From contig NW_003314291.1 in NCBI RefSeq assembly GCF_000143415.4, forward strand, positions 1,082,768 through 1,146,767: DNA of 64,000 nucleotides, in the 5' to 3' direction. Of this stretch, positions 36,285-47,416 are shown one piece after another. Each line of letters starts with the position of its first letter. Positions within the stretch are counted from its first letter, which is position 1. Origin of the DNA: Selaginella moellendorffii (taxonomy: Eukaryota > Plantae > Lycopodiophyta). Made by a program: the position numbers and the translations under genes. The notes below the pieces were generated by a model, which saw nothing but the letters and a program-made list of their open reading frames with translations, was not told the origin of the DNA and made no database searches.

Positions 36285-39200
36285 CCACGCTCACAGTGCT
36301 CACGTGGAACTGTCGGGGACTCAGCTCTGAGGACAGTAGACTCAACAAGAGAGTACAGCTCAAGTCCCACATCCGGGAGATTGGCTTAGAGGGGAGGATC
36401 GACATACTGTGCATCCAAGAGCACAAGATGGTGAAGGCTCCAGACTTCAATTTGGGCATGCACGGGAGAATTTGGTGGAATCCGGCCACGCAAGTGAAAA
36501 CACGGTGTGGAGGAGGAACAGCGATCATCGTCTCTACCAAGTGGTCAGCGCAGGTACGTGACCACAGGGTGCTGGTCCCAGGGAAAGCACAGCTGTTGGT
36601 CATACACCTACACTTTGGACGTGTTGGGATTGTCAACGTGTATGCACCCACTCGAAGAAGGGAGCGCGCACAAATGTGGACAGATATCCAGCAGAGCACT
36701 CAAGAGGTGGCGGACGAGTGGCTTGTGGTAGGAGACTTCAACATGGTGGAGGGTTTGAGTGACCGGCGAGGTTCACTGGAAACCATACAGGGGAGAGAGA
36801 GAAAGAATTGGACAGCGCTAGTCGAAGCCTTGGGAGTCTTGGACCGCCAGCACGCAGAGGGGTTCGCTGCACACTCTCACCCATTCACGAGACGCCAATC
36901 GACAGGGTGCCAAGCTCGACTGGACAAGATTTACGCTTCCACCAGGCTGCGACAAGACGGAGGGGGACTCAAGACGTGGCCCGCGTTTGCCACCTTTTCA
37001 GACCACGACCCACTCCGAGGCATTCTCAAGCTACAGGCAGTGAAAGGAACAGCGGTGCAAAGGAAGATCACCAAAGCCACAATGGTCGACCCGGTAGCAG
37101 TGAAGCTCGTCCAGGAAACACTAGACAGCAGCAAAGGGGAACTTGTCTTGGCACTAGGCACTTGCTCCACTAAGCTCCGGGAAAGGCAAGCGGCTCTCAA
37201 AGGGGAAGTCCTGAAAGAGGTGAGACTGGCGAGACAAAAGGTGGCGGCGGCTCAGAGAATGGTACTACATGCAAACGACAAGGCCAGATGGACAGCAACA
37301 CTGGATGAGAGGGAAGCAGAGCTGCGGGACAAAGAATATGCAGCATGGAGTGCCGGACTCCGATCCATGGAGGATAGCTGGGTGATGAATGAACGGCTTC
37401 TCAACAAAGCATTCTACAAAGGGATCCGTCCAGTCACCGACTCCCCCCCGATCCTAGGACTGAAGAAGGACGATGGAGAAGTGGTCGAGGACCAACAGGG
37501 AATGCAGGGGCTGGCCCAGGAGTTTTACCAGAAGCTGTACACGGCCCAGCCCTGGTCCCCGGACAGGAGAGACGCCGCAGGCAGAGTGCTGTCTACTCTT
37601 CCACGCAGAGTTCCTGGCGAGTACCTGGAGATGTTGGTGGCCGACTTTTCATTGGAAGACCTCCATCGGGCCCTGGAGCAGCTGAACGATGACAAGATGC
37701 CAGGTATGGACGGCCTCCTTCCGGCATTCTATGAGGAGTATTGGGACGACGTTGGCCTGATGCTCCTAGAGACATGGCGAGACGCACAGAAAACAGGGAT
37801 GCTGCCAGGAGAGATACTAGAGGGACAAATCGCATTGATTCCGAAACGGGGTGACTTCCAGGAACTCAGGAACTGGCGCCCCATAACCATGCTCAACACG
37901 TCGTACAAGATATACGCAAAGGCGATGGCACTCAAGCTGCAACTAGTCATGCCCCTCATCATCAGAGAACAGCAAACTGGATTTGTGCCGGGACGACAGA
38001 TCGCAGAAAACATATGGACATACCTCCTGGCACAGAGGTGGGCAAACGTCTCAAATCAACAGATTGTAGCATGGCTACTAGACTTTGAGAAGGCCTATGA
38101 TCGAGTTGATTGGGACTTCTTGGAGGATTGCATGTGGAGGATAGGGATCCCGGCAAGGACTGTCTCGCGTATTTCACTTCTCTACAGGGGAGCTGCAAGC
38201 CGGGTCACACTGAATGGAGAGATAGGCCCGATCTTCCACTTGGGACGCTCAGTGAGACAGGGATGTCCACTCGCCCCCTACCTGTTCCTGATAGTAGCAG
38301 AAACACTGGGCTCTTTCCTCGCGCATGGAGAGGATGTAAAAGGCCTCGTGCTGCCCTCTGAACGGCTACAACTCCCAGGAACTCAAGTTGTGACACAAGA
38401 GCTGCAAGACGGGGCATTTGCAGATGACACCGCACTCTTTCTACTTGCCACCCCGAGGAATCTGGACGCAGCAAGGTCCAAGCTGGAGATCTTCAACAGG
38501 GCAGCGGGGGCAGCCATAAACTGGAACAAGTCAGTAGGCGTGAACTGGGGAAAGCCAGGCATTGAGACTTGGGGACAGGAGATAGGCTTTCAGTGGCTTC
38601 GCCTTGGCGAAGACACTCGGTACCTCGGCATCCAGGTTGGGACCCGGTACAATGCGGCTACACAGGATGACACGCTTCTCAGGAGGATCCGGACCGCAGT
38701 TCAGAAATGGACACCGAGGAAACTCGGACTCCCAGCCCGGATTGTAGTGGTCAAGAGTGTGATCCTCCCTAGCATCTGGTACCACCTCTCGATTTGGCCG
38801 GTGCTGGAAACTACACTGCAGAAGGTGAGACAGATGGTGTGGACCTACGTATGGCGTGGAGCATTGGCTACAGGGCGAACCATGGCCAAGGTGGCGTGGC
38901 AATCTACAGCGAGGCCGCGCATTCTAGGGGGGCTGGGGATCATTGACCCCAGTGACATGGCAAAGGCGATGAGGTACAAGATTTTTCTCATGGGCTTGCA
39001 ACAGGGGAGACAGCCGTGGCGGCTCATGTTCCGGCAGAGCCTCCTAGCGATACGCCCCAAACACAATGCAGCCAAACCGTGGGAGGAGGACCCACGGTGG
39101 CTCTTCGCAGAAGGACCGACGCAGGTAGTGAGGGGGGGCAACTTCGTCCAGAGCCTTCATCGACTGTGGAGAGCCTTTCCGCTAGAGCAAACACCACCGA

Positions 39201-40194
39201 CCAGGGCCGAGGAGTGGCTCAACCAGCCTTTGTTTTTCAACGCACTGTTCAAAGAGGGAGGTGTGACACTAGGACGAGAGACACACCACACGATCTGGAG
39301 GAAAATGCACGCAAATGGATTCCGGACAATGAAGCAGCTGACGGGAGTGATTGACAGGGATTGGTGGCGAACAGCGAGAAGGACTCAAGTGTTTGGACCT
39401 TGGAAGCGACGTAACATCCTGCTGGACATTCTGCGACTCCTCCGAGTGGTGAACAACACGAAAGCAGGGACGAAGTGGCCGAGAAGATGCCTTCAAGCAG
39501 GGGACTTTGTGGCGATCCAGCGGCAAACAGAGTGGGAGGAACACGATGCTGTGCGACGTCCGCTAGGGACGTGGACTCGAGCATTCACCGCACCTACACC
39601 AGCATGGGAAGAAGGGGATGTTGAGGTGTGGTTCGTTGCTGCACCAGAGCTCAACATAGGACTGCTGTTTCGCATCACGAGAGGAGACACGCTTCTCCCG
39701 ATGGGTGAGAGACAAGAGATGCCGGACGTCACGGACGATGAGGTACGTGGGAGGATTCGTGTGCTTAGGCACTCACCCAAGAGGCTGGACGTGGTGGACT
39801 CGGAAGACCTGCTGGAGGGCGATGGATCACTGATATGGTGGCGACAGCAGCTACTAGAAGATCTGGACTGGGACCCTGCTGCATGGCGACGAGGGACAGG
39901 AAGCTTTTTCTCCTATGCAGTCAAGGAAGCGCGGAATGGACTACTGACATCACGAGAGGAGGCGAGAGAGGAGATTCCGAAGCTGTGGCAGAAATGGATA
40001 GCACAGGGGGTCGGCGCGGAGCAAGTGGTGGACAACACGATTCACTTCTGGAAGTTGCCCGTGCAGGAAAAAGTGAAAGTCACCTCGTGGTTGGTAGCAA
40101 ACAATGGACTTCCGGTTGGACAGCGATTCCAGGACGACGCGAGTCGCAGGTGCAGGGAGTGTGACAAAATCGAGACAGTCAAGCATGCACTATG
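34782..40194 (+). mobile_element. L1-clade non-LTR retrotransposon (LINE); 5' end probably truncated, 3' end lost
   Basis: ORF1 with CCHC knuckle followed by ORF2 with EN-RT-zinc finger. Confidence 0.92.
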
Positions 40195-40195
40195 A
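36281..40195 (+). CDS. LINE ORF2: AP endonuclease, reverse transcriptase, truncated C-terminal zinc finger
   Basis: TWNCRGL, CIQE, GDFN, RLD, SDH; WRPI, LDFEKAYD, QGCPLAP, FADD, YLG; CREC...ETVKH; the stop codon is created by the transposon junction. Confidence 0.93.
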   Translation: MTTLTVLTWNCRGLSSEDSRLNKRVQLKSHIREIGLEGRIDILCIQEHKMVKAPDFNLGMHGRIWWNPATQVKTRCGGGTAIIVSTKWSAQVRDHRVLVPGKAQLLVIHLHFGRVGIVNVYAPTRRRERAQMWTDIQQSTQEVADEWLVVGDFNMVEGLSDRRGSLETIQGRERKNWTALVEALGVLDRQHAEGFAAHSHPFTRRQSTGCQARLDKIYASTRLRQDGGGLKTWPAFATFSDHDPLRGILKLQAVKGTAVQRKITKATMVDPVAVKLVQETLDSSKGELVLALGTCSTKLRERQAALKGEVLKEVRLARQKVAAAQRMVLHANDKARWTATLDEREAELRDKEYAAWSAGLRSMEDSWVMNERLLNKAFYKGIRPVTDSPPILGLKKDDGEVVEDQQGMQGLAQEFYQKLYTAQPWSPDRRDAAGRVLSTLPRRVPGEYLEMLVADFSLEDLHRALEQLNDDKMPGMDGLLPAFYEEYWDDVGLMLLETWRDAQKTGMLPGEILEGQIALIPKRGDFQELRNWRPITMLNTSYKIYAKAMALKLQLVMPLIIREQQTGFVPGRQIAENIWTYLLAQRWANVSNQQIVAWLLDFEKAYDRVDWDFLEDCMWRIGIPARTVSRISLLYRGAASRVTLNGEIGPIFHLGRSVRQGCPLAPYLFLIVAETLGSFLAHGEDVKGLVLPSERLQLPGTQVVTQELQDGAFADDTALFLLATPRNLDAARSKLEIFNRAAGAAINWNKSVGVNWGKPGIETWGQEIGFQWLRLGEDTRYLGIQVGTRYNAATQDDTLLRRIRTAVQKWTPRKLGLPARIVVVKSVILPSIWYHLSIWPVLETTLQKVRQMVWTYVWRGALATGRTMAKVAWQSTARPRILGGLGIIDPSDMAKAMRYKIFLMGLQQGRQPWRLMFRQSLLAIRPKHNAAKPWEEDPRWLFAEGPTQVVRGGNFVQSLHRLWRAFPLEQTPPTRAEEWLNQPLFFNALFKEGGVTLGRETHHTIWRKMHANGFRTMKQLTGVIDRDWWRTARRTQVFGPWKRRNILLDILRLLRVVNNTKAGTKWPRRCLQAGDFVAIQRQTEWEEHDAVRRPLGTWTRAFTAPTPAWEEGDVEVWFVAAPELNIGLLFRITRGDTLLPMGERQEMPDVTDDEVRGRIRVLRHSPKRLDVVDSEDLLEGDGSLIWWRQQLLEDLDWDPAAWRRGTGSFFSYAVKEARNGLLTSREEAREEIPKLWQKWIAQGVGAEQVVDNTIHFWKLPVQEKVKVTSWLVANNGLPVGQRFQDDASRRCRECDKIETVKHAL

Positions 40196-41400
40196 AGCTC
40201 TATTTCGTTAAAGTGGGATTTATTCAGTAAAATGGGACTGGGTACAAATTTTCAAGTATTTGAAAATGACGTGAAATTATATGTTTTTTGTCCAGGGGCT
40301 AGACATATCTGGGGCATGGTGACTAGCGCGGTGACCTTATGTCCAGACTGAGTCCATCTAGTTGTATAATAAATCTCATTGTCAAGGTGAACAAGCCGAA
40401 TCTGAAGCTAAAGAAGAGCGATGGCATGCGCGCACACACTATTTGTTTGTTCATTGAGCGTGTGGTGAGCTTTCCAAGATGAACATCATTCCTATTAGCC
40501 AGACATATAACTTAATGGTGAGAACATTTAGATATTATTCAATGTTATCTTTTTCTAACGAATCTAATTGTGAAGGTGTAGCAAGAGGCATTGCTAGTCT
40601 GGAGAAGTCATTTAACTCATTTGACCCTTAGTGTATTTTCATGAAACTAAATAACATTCATATTATTAAGGAATTTCTCTAGTACCTTTTTTTTACGACA
40701 TAGAGGCTTGCATTTCTTTCAAAGGTGATTTAGTAAAAGGCCTGAGGGCACATGCCATTCTATTTCTCAGACCGGTATTAAGATATACTAGTGCAAAGGG
40801 AAAAAGGTATTTGGTGATCAAGTAAATGGCATGAGGGCACACGCCATTATAAGCCTAAGCGCTAGTGGACACCTCCTTTTTGGTACTCTCAGCGGTACTA
40901 TCATCCTTCTCCGGGTCAGTTGTTTTGCTTTGGATTGTTGTCTCTGACGTTACTGGGGCGTTCTCGATAGTTGTTAATGTTGCCGTTTGTTCAGAAAAAT
41001 GATCACCTGGAGTATAGTACGGGGAGTTTGGAAGACTTATATATTCTACATCTTCACCTATCTCCTTCTCCGTCTCCTTTTCTGCCTCACTTACAGATTT
41101 TGTGCTTGCCATGAGAACGCTCTTCACCCTAAAATATGGAGTTCGTTGTGTTATAAAAGGAAACCAACACACACGCTGCAAGGGAATGATGGTACATAAA
41201 GCACGTAAGCCCACAATATGGGTTTATGTGCCATTAATATGGGCCACACGCCATATTATTAGATTTATGCACGTGTGATTGGTAAATGCATATGTCACAT
41301 CATCTTTGTTTTACCTCACACACTATATCAAGCCTCCTCTGATTCAGATTCGGATTGTTCACCTTGAAATAAAATACATTAGAAACTTTGTAAAGGAATA

Positions 41401-44400
41401 TTAATGAATCTCACCTTGAACCCGAGTTATGAATGCTCTTGCTGCATCTCTTGCATGGTCTGGCAAGGTGATGGTGGCACTCTGCTTCCGCATCCAACCA
41501 TGCACAACATTATCCACCGATATGCTCATGCTGGGATCCCTTGGATTCAGCACCCATCTCTTTTCTAGGCAATCCTTCGTATATCCGGAACTTGGCTTGA
41601 ACCACTCCACAGTTACATTGAAGGAGTTAGTTTCCGCGTCCTCCTCTGCATCAGTGATGCAGCGCCCCACCCATATCATTTGTTTTTTATTACTGGGTCT
41701 GACAAGCACGACCATTCCTTTGCAGACCTGTACTGGATTGAATGCTGAATCCGGCTTCTTGTTCCTCGGCCCACAATAGTGATCCTCAACATCGTTATCT
41801 GTCACTGCATTTCCAGAGGACATTGTTCCGCTACTATCTGGTGCTCTGGGTTCTGGCCAAAAGGACTCTTCCAATTCTTCATATACAACCGGCCCATTTT
41901 GGATAGCAGATATAATCTTTTCCCAGTATTCGAGCAAAGGCTTGCACCTCTGAAAATAGGATTCTCCACCAAACACCAACCCCCTCTTCCAGAAGGCAAT
42001 ATGCTGTCTAATCCCGGCCACTATACTTTCCTGGTCTTTGAGTCCATCCGGGTGCATCGGCCGTGGGGAACCCTGAGGAATCATAGGTTCCCCAGTTATG
42101 GGATCTCTCTTGAAGAGTTCAATGCCGTCCACTGGCAGCCACACTGTGTCCCATTCTCTCATCTTGTACCTCATCACTGGAGCACCGTCACACATGCTGA
42201 AATGAAACTGAAGAGGCTTGGAGTGGCCAATCAGCGTTTCGGATCCATCCCTGATGTAGCCTCTTACAAACCCCTTAAAGTCTGGAACCTCTGTCAGAAG
42301 TGCAGCTTCAACAGTGCCTTTGATGCAATTTTGGAATTCATCGTAGAGTTGTGGGAGGGTGAGGACATTGGATCGCCGGAGGGACTCTGCCAGGTGACTG
42401 AACATGGCATCGACGTCTTCATGAGTGTGCCCAACCATGAGAAAGCCAAGTGTAACCGTTTCAAATATGCCTTTGGCAACAAGCATCGCCAAGTACGCGA
42501 AGACGTACATGTTTTTGTTCTCACTGCCAGCATTGTCTGTTTGGAGCAGAAGATGGGGTGGAAGGCCACATCGGCCGCAAGAACTTCCTTGAGATTCTGC
42601 TTCGTTTGGATGAGGCTGTGCATTCACCGGGCGACCAGCCTCGTCGAAATGGCATGAGGCCTCACGTGATAACCCTACAATCTGACGGCCAACATATTCA
42701 CTGGGATGGCATGGGGCCCCACGCGATACTGCAAGCCTTTGCTCCTCCTCCAGCTGAACCCTGTATGGGGTTCGATCGACAAGGGCCTTATGCAAGGGTT
42801 GGCCGTTCAGCTCAGTCTGCGCACTTTGCAGAGACCTTAAGTGTTTTGCTAGGGACGCAATCATCATGTTTGCACCCCCGCCACCCCATAGAGGTACAAA
42901 GAAGTTCCCATAGTTCTGGGCACCATGCCCATGAGCGATTATGCCAAACAGAGACACAGGCAGCTGCATGGATGAAGAGATTGCCTTGGGGGCAGGATTG
43001 AGTCGAGGTAAGCACGTCTTTTTCTGGTCCATTTTGTCGTGGATGATGCAGAGGTAAGAGTCAGGTCTCTCCATGGAGAGAATCCTGTTATGATAATATG
43101 CAGTCCTGCAGCTTCTCTGCTCGATGTTGTGGTCGAGCCGCCTTCTAACCAACGTCTCTCGCTCTTGAGCGCTGCAAGAATTCTTCGACAAAGCCATTTT
43201 GATAGCAGTGCACTCGTCACACTTTGAAAAGCTGGAGTACTTTCCTATACTCACATCCTTGAACCTGTTGCTCCACAATCTACTAAATCTAGATTGGCTC
43301 AGCTTCCTGTAGCCATTACTCTGGAGTTCCCGATTCACATCTTCCAATATGGCCCCCTTGGTATACATGGAAGGGAGAACTCGTTGGGTGTCTCGAGTTC
43401 CATCTTCCAAGAGGCGGGTTTTATGTGGTTGCTGCTCGCTACATGTCTCGACAAACCTCTTGAAGATTGCCTCTCCATATACAACATGACCCCTGGTTTT
43501 GTGCGTACCGTCGTTCCCATGGACTGCCTGTTGAACCCTTTGTTCCTCGAACTCAGTTTTGATTCTGTAGAATGTGCTTCGAGGGACTCCATAAATGATT
43601 CTCCATGCCTTCATGCAGACCAAACCCCTCTGGAAGACCATGCCCCCCACCTGATGTTCTGAAGCATCAACAGATGACCGTAATGCCTCATACACAAAAT
43701 TGCGAGCTGCCTTCCAGGACAATGTCTTGTATCTTGCTCTCTCCTCTTCAATAGCATCCCAATCAGCATGTTGACAGCACCTCCTCTTGCAACAAGCAAC
43801 TGTCGAGACCATTCGAACCTCCATCGCCATTTTCTGCCTTTTCGGTTCGTTGCTCAGATCCCTTTGGCTGCGCTTTAGGAAGGTGTACTTTCTTTTCCCA
43901 TGAAGAGATGTTCTGTCATCAGTTGTAGTGGTGTTTGATTGTGAATCCTTCACATTCTCAAACACTAAGTGCCTCAATTTCCACCGCACAATGCTTCCAA
44001 TAGTCAGACTGTTTTCTTCTGTGTCAACAACCTCTAAAATCGCAACTCCAATATCATCCCAGCCCAATTCTTGATTAGCAACCGCATCTCTTGGATCGAC
44101 AACTGTGGCTAAGCCCTCAGCTACCACCTCCCCCTCGGGGTTGTTTAGAAACACTTTTGCCTGAATCCATGTAGCACGGTTCTTAAGATCCACGGAGGGA
44201 ACATGCGTCGCACTTGCGCTGTCCCCAACATCTGCTTTCTTCTGAAGATTTTTCAAGGCAACAACAACATTTACCCCGACGACCATCTCTCCTCGTTCAA
44301 TAGCGACCACATTCCCATCGAAGACAGTCTCTACTGATACAGCAGCATTGCCTTCCCCAAGCCTTTCACAGTGTATAACAAAGTTCCGATCCATAGACAC

Positions 44401-44469
44401 AAGGGTCCCTTTTGCAACTCTCTTCCCACCATTCAAAATGTAAACCTTTTCCCCAACCCTGAAGGCCAT
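41401..44469 (-). CDS. Intact 1022-aa Sola1/DUF7869-like DDD/E transposase
   Basis: CCKRRC, FSKCDEC, IIHDKMDQ, LQTDNAGSENKN, FLMVGHTHEDVDAMFS; lies within TIR/4-bp-TSD element; family assignment from remembered motifs. Confidence 0.8.
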   Translation of the reverse strand: MAFRVGEKVYILNGGKRVAKGTLVSMDRNFVIHCERLGEGNAAVSVETVFDGNVVAIERGEMVVGVNVVVALKNLQKKADVGDSASATHVPSVDLKNRATWIQAKVFLNNPEGEVVAEGLATVVDPRDAVANQELGWDDIGVAILEVVDTEENSLTIGSIVRWKLRHLVFENVKDSQSNTTTTDDRTSLHGKRKYTFLKRSQRDLSNEPKRQKMAMEVRMVSTVACCKRRCCQHADWDAIEEERARYKTLSWKAARNFVYEALRSSVDASEHQVGGMVFQRGLVCMKAWRIIYGVPRSTFYRIKTEFEEQRVQQAVHGNDGTHKTRGHVVYGEAIFKRFVETCSEQQPHKTRLLEDGTRDTQRVLPSMYTKGAILEDVNRELQSNGYRKLSQSRFSRLWSNRFKDVSIGKYSSFSKCDECTAIKMALSKNSCSAQERETLVRRRLDHNIEQRSCRTAYYHNRILSMERPDSYLCIIHDKMDQKKTCLPRLNPAPKAISSSMQLPVSLFGIIAHGHGAQNYGNFFVPLWGGGGANMMIASLAKHLRSLQSAQTELNGQPLHKALVDRTPYRVQLEEEQRLAVSRGAPCHPSEYVGRQIVGLSREASCHFDEAGRPVNAQPHPNEAESQGSSCGRCGLPPHLLLQTDNAGSENKNMYVFAYLAMLVAKGIFETVTLGFLMVGHTHEDVDAMFSHLAESLRRSNVLTLPQLYDEFQNCIKGTVEAALLTEVPDFKGFVRGYIRDGSETLIGHSKPLQFHFSMCDGAPVMRYKMREWDTVWLPVDGIELFKRDPITGEPMIPQGSPRPMHPDGLKDQESIVAGIRQHIAFWKRGLVFGGESYFQRCKPLLEYWEKIISAIQNGPVVYEELEESFWPEPRAPDSSGTMSSGNAVTDNDVEDHYCGPRNKKPDSAFNPVQVCKGMVVLVRPSNKKQMIWVGRCITDAEEDAETNSFNVTVEWFKPSSGYTKDCLEKRWVLNPRDPSMSISVDNVVHGWMRKQSATITLPDHARDAARAFITRVQGEIH

Positions 44470-47029
44470 TCTGAAAGTGCAGAAAAGAAGTTAAGACCAT
44501 ACAAAAAATGATTGGAGAATGGCCTAAATCATAACATACCAAACAACCTCAATAGCATGAGGCCACATGCCATTATTCAAACATGCTATTGACACCCACA
44601 TGAAATTTCGCATTCACAAAATTGGCATGAGGCTTCATGCCATCTTGATATACACACAGCTGCAGGCAAGTAAAAACATACATGACAATACGCTAGCCAT
44701 GAAATTGCAAGGGCCCAAGATGGCATGTGGCCTCATGCCATTTCTAAATGTGGTCCTAAGCCATTCCATGGTGAACATACCAGGAAGCACAAGTGCCGAA
44801 TATCAAGAGGAAGCGGTAGCCACACCAAAGACAGTGCCGCTCGCAACACCGCAACTACTCGTAGCGCCGCTCGCAACACCGCAACTGCTCGTAGCGCCGC
44901 TCGCACAAACTGCCACTCGCATAAACTGCCGCTCGCAATGGGGCTCGCAATGCCGCAACCGCTCGTAGACGCATAAACCACAGCCCACAACGCCGCTTAC
45001 ACAAGCAGCGCTCACTGCGCTCAGCGGAACCAAGAACACGGCGCACAAAAATGATAGACCTAGGAATGAGTTCGAGAATTCAAAAATAACACACGCTTGA
45101 ACGTCACATCAAATCCTCTGACAAACCAGATCTTATGATTCCTCTGACAAATTTCAAACTGAGTAGCTTCTAGACTTTGCTGTCGGAGGTTGAACTTTGT
45201 CACATCATGTCCTTGCCTCGATCCAGCTGTGCCATGTCAGTGATTCGAACTTTGCCATGCCATGTCAGCGATCCGCGCCAAGATTATTCGCCGTGTAAAG
45301 GAATAATTACGCTGTGTGTGTACGTCCATTTATGGCAATATAAGGCCACACGCCATTCAAAGAATAATGCTCGACATAAGGCCACACGCCATTCAAAGAA
45401 TAATGCTAGTCGAGCATTTTTTGGTGCATTTTTGGGTTCAAAATTGCATGAGCCCACACGCTATAAAGTTTACCTGTACCAAAAATAGAAACAGCTTTAT
45501 TTACTTGGGAATTTAAGTGGTTGAGGCATTTTTAAACTTACAAACACATGCCCTACTTACATTCCTTTGGTTGCCTAAAATTCAAAAATATTATAAACCT
45601 TTCTTTTTGCATTTTCAATGTTTTCAATTATGGTTTTTGATTTTCGTAGGACCAGCCTAGTAATCTATTTGCATCCCGTCATGTTTATAGCTAGCTTTCG
45701 TTCGTCCCCTTCACTAGCCTGAGATACATCTGCTCGGCATCTGCCTCTTACAGCATTTGCCCAGAAAGGGCATCTTTCTTCACGCAGCATTTGCCACATG
45801 TTTAGGGTTTAGGGTTTAGCAATTCAGTAGCTTGATAAACATGCAAATACAGAACTTGATGCAAAATCCTTTGATATGTCACAATGCCCCTAGGACCATA
45901 AACACATTTCAATAGAGAGGGTCCTTTCATTTCATAACTCCTTACGTAGATCTTGGTGAAACCAGAGTTAGTGAAGTTAGTTTCTTGTGATCCCGCATCT
46001 GATTGTGATGTCCCTTTGCAGTTTCGATGGAAAGGTCAATGCACACCAAACTGTGAAATCTTGGAGCAAAATAACGGTCGGATCTATGGCAAATGCCCCT
46101 GAAACATTGTAAGGCTCGTGTGGTCTCATGTGGTGTCCGATTGAGATGCTTCTTTGCAGAGTCATCAAGAAAGACATTGTATACCATTCTGTAAAATCTA
46201 GTTGTGATCTAACGGTTGGATCTCTAGAAAACTCAAAAAAATCTCGCGCATGTCAGAATATCCTAGGAATATACTCCTATGTGCCCCTGAAAATGGCATG
46301 CGGCCCCACGCCATTCAAGAGATAATGCCAGATGACGCCGAGAATTTTTTGGTGCATTTTTTGGGTTCAAAATTGCATGAGCCCACACGCTATAAAGTTT
46401 ATCTTTGCCAAATAGAGAAAAGTTTATCTGTGTCATGTGAGGTAGTTACAGTCCTTTGTGCTCGGCATCTGCCTCTTGCAGCATTTGCACTGAAAGGGAA
46501 TTTTTCTCCATTCAGCATTTGGCCCTGAAAATGGCATGCGCCCACACGCCATTCAAGGAATAACGCCACAGGACGCCTGGATTTTTGGGTTTAAAATGTT
46601 TAGGGTTTTTTGGGTTTTTTCAAAATATTTTGGGTCCAACGTTTTTTGGGTTTCTTTGGTTCAAAATTGCATGAGCCCACACGCTATAATATTGATTTGA
46701 GAGAAAAATAGAAACAGATAGAATTTCTTTATTTAGCTGAACATCTGCCATTTTTGGAAATACAAGATGCTTTGGAATATCCAATCATGCATGGTAGAAA
46801 TATAGCGAGGGTATTAAATGATATCCCAATCATGATCTTTCTTTTGGATTTCGCGTGCATGCAGTCCGAGGAATGATGACGTTGCGGATTTCTTTTGGAT
46901 TTTGCGTGCTTGCATGCGCGCGGCAATCCAGAAATTAATGGTGGCGCCCAAGTCCGAGGAATGATGACGTGGCGGGATTACCAACCGTTGTGACATTTCG
47001 CGCGTGTGAGGTTAGGTTTTGCATTTTGC

Positions 47030-47320
47030 TTTGTACTCGCGCTCGCACACTCGCGCTCGCGCTCGCATCACACTCGCGCTCCCGCTCGCATCGCGCTCCC
47101 ACTCGCGATCACGCTCACTTCTCTACAGGTTTCTCGTGTGCATCGGCGTCCACTCGCGCTTGCATCACACTCGCGCTCGCATCGCGCTCGTGTGCATCGG
47201 CGTCCACTTCAAGACACACCCAGTTTGTAACTTCGCCGCCAACTCCGCCGCCCACTCCACCACCCACACGCAGCCCACTTGGCGTCCCGGGAGATTTCAG
47301 CACCACTCTCCAACTATAAG
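47030..47320 (+). promoter_or_regulatory. Putative promoter of the cargo gene (CG-rich CTCGCG repeats, then TATAAG)
   Basis: CpG-dense repeat tract, CTATAAG near 47314, ATG|GTAAGT at 47417-47425. Confidence 0.4.
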
Positions 47321-47416
47321 TGGCAGAGTAGCCTTGCTGCTACGATCCGCTGCACACACAGTGCACATTCGCCAGCGAGTCCGGCCTCGATTGTCACGGC
47401 CTCCATTCGGCTTCAA

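Noticed and set aside
41779-42657. 292-aa antisense ORF in both copies
   Set aside because: It shadows the transposase, the copies are too similar for conservation to be informative, and it has no motif
45801-45819. Telomere or chromosome-healing site
   Set aside because: Fewer than three TTTAGGG units inside a transposon; at most a telo-box
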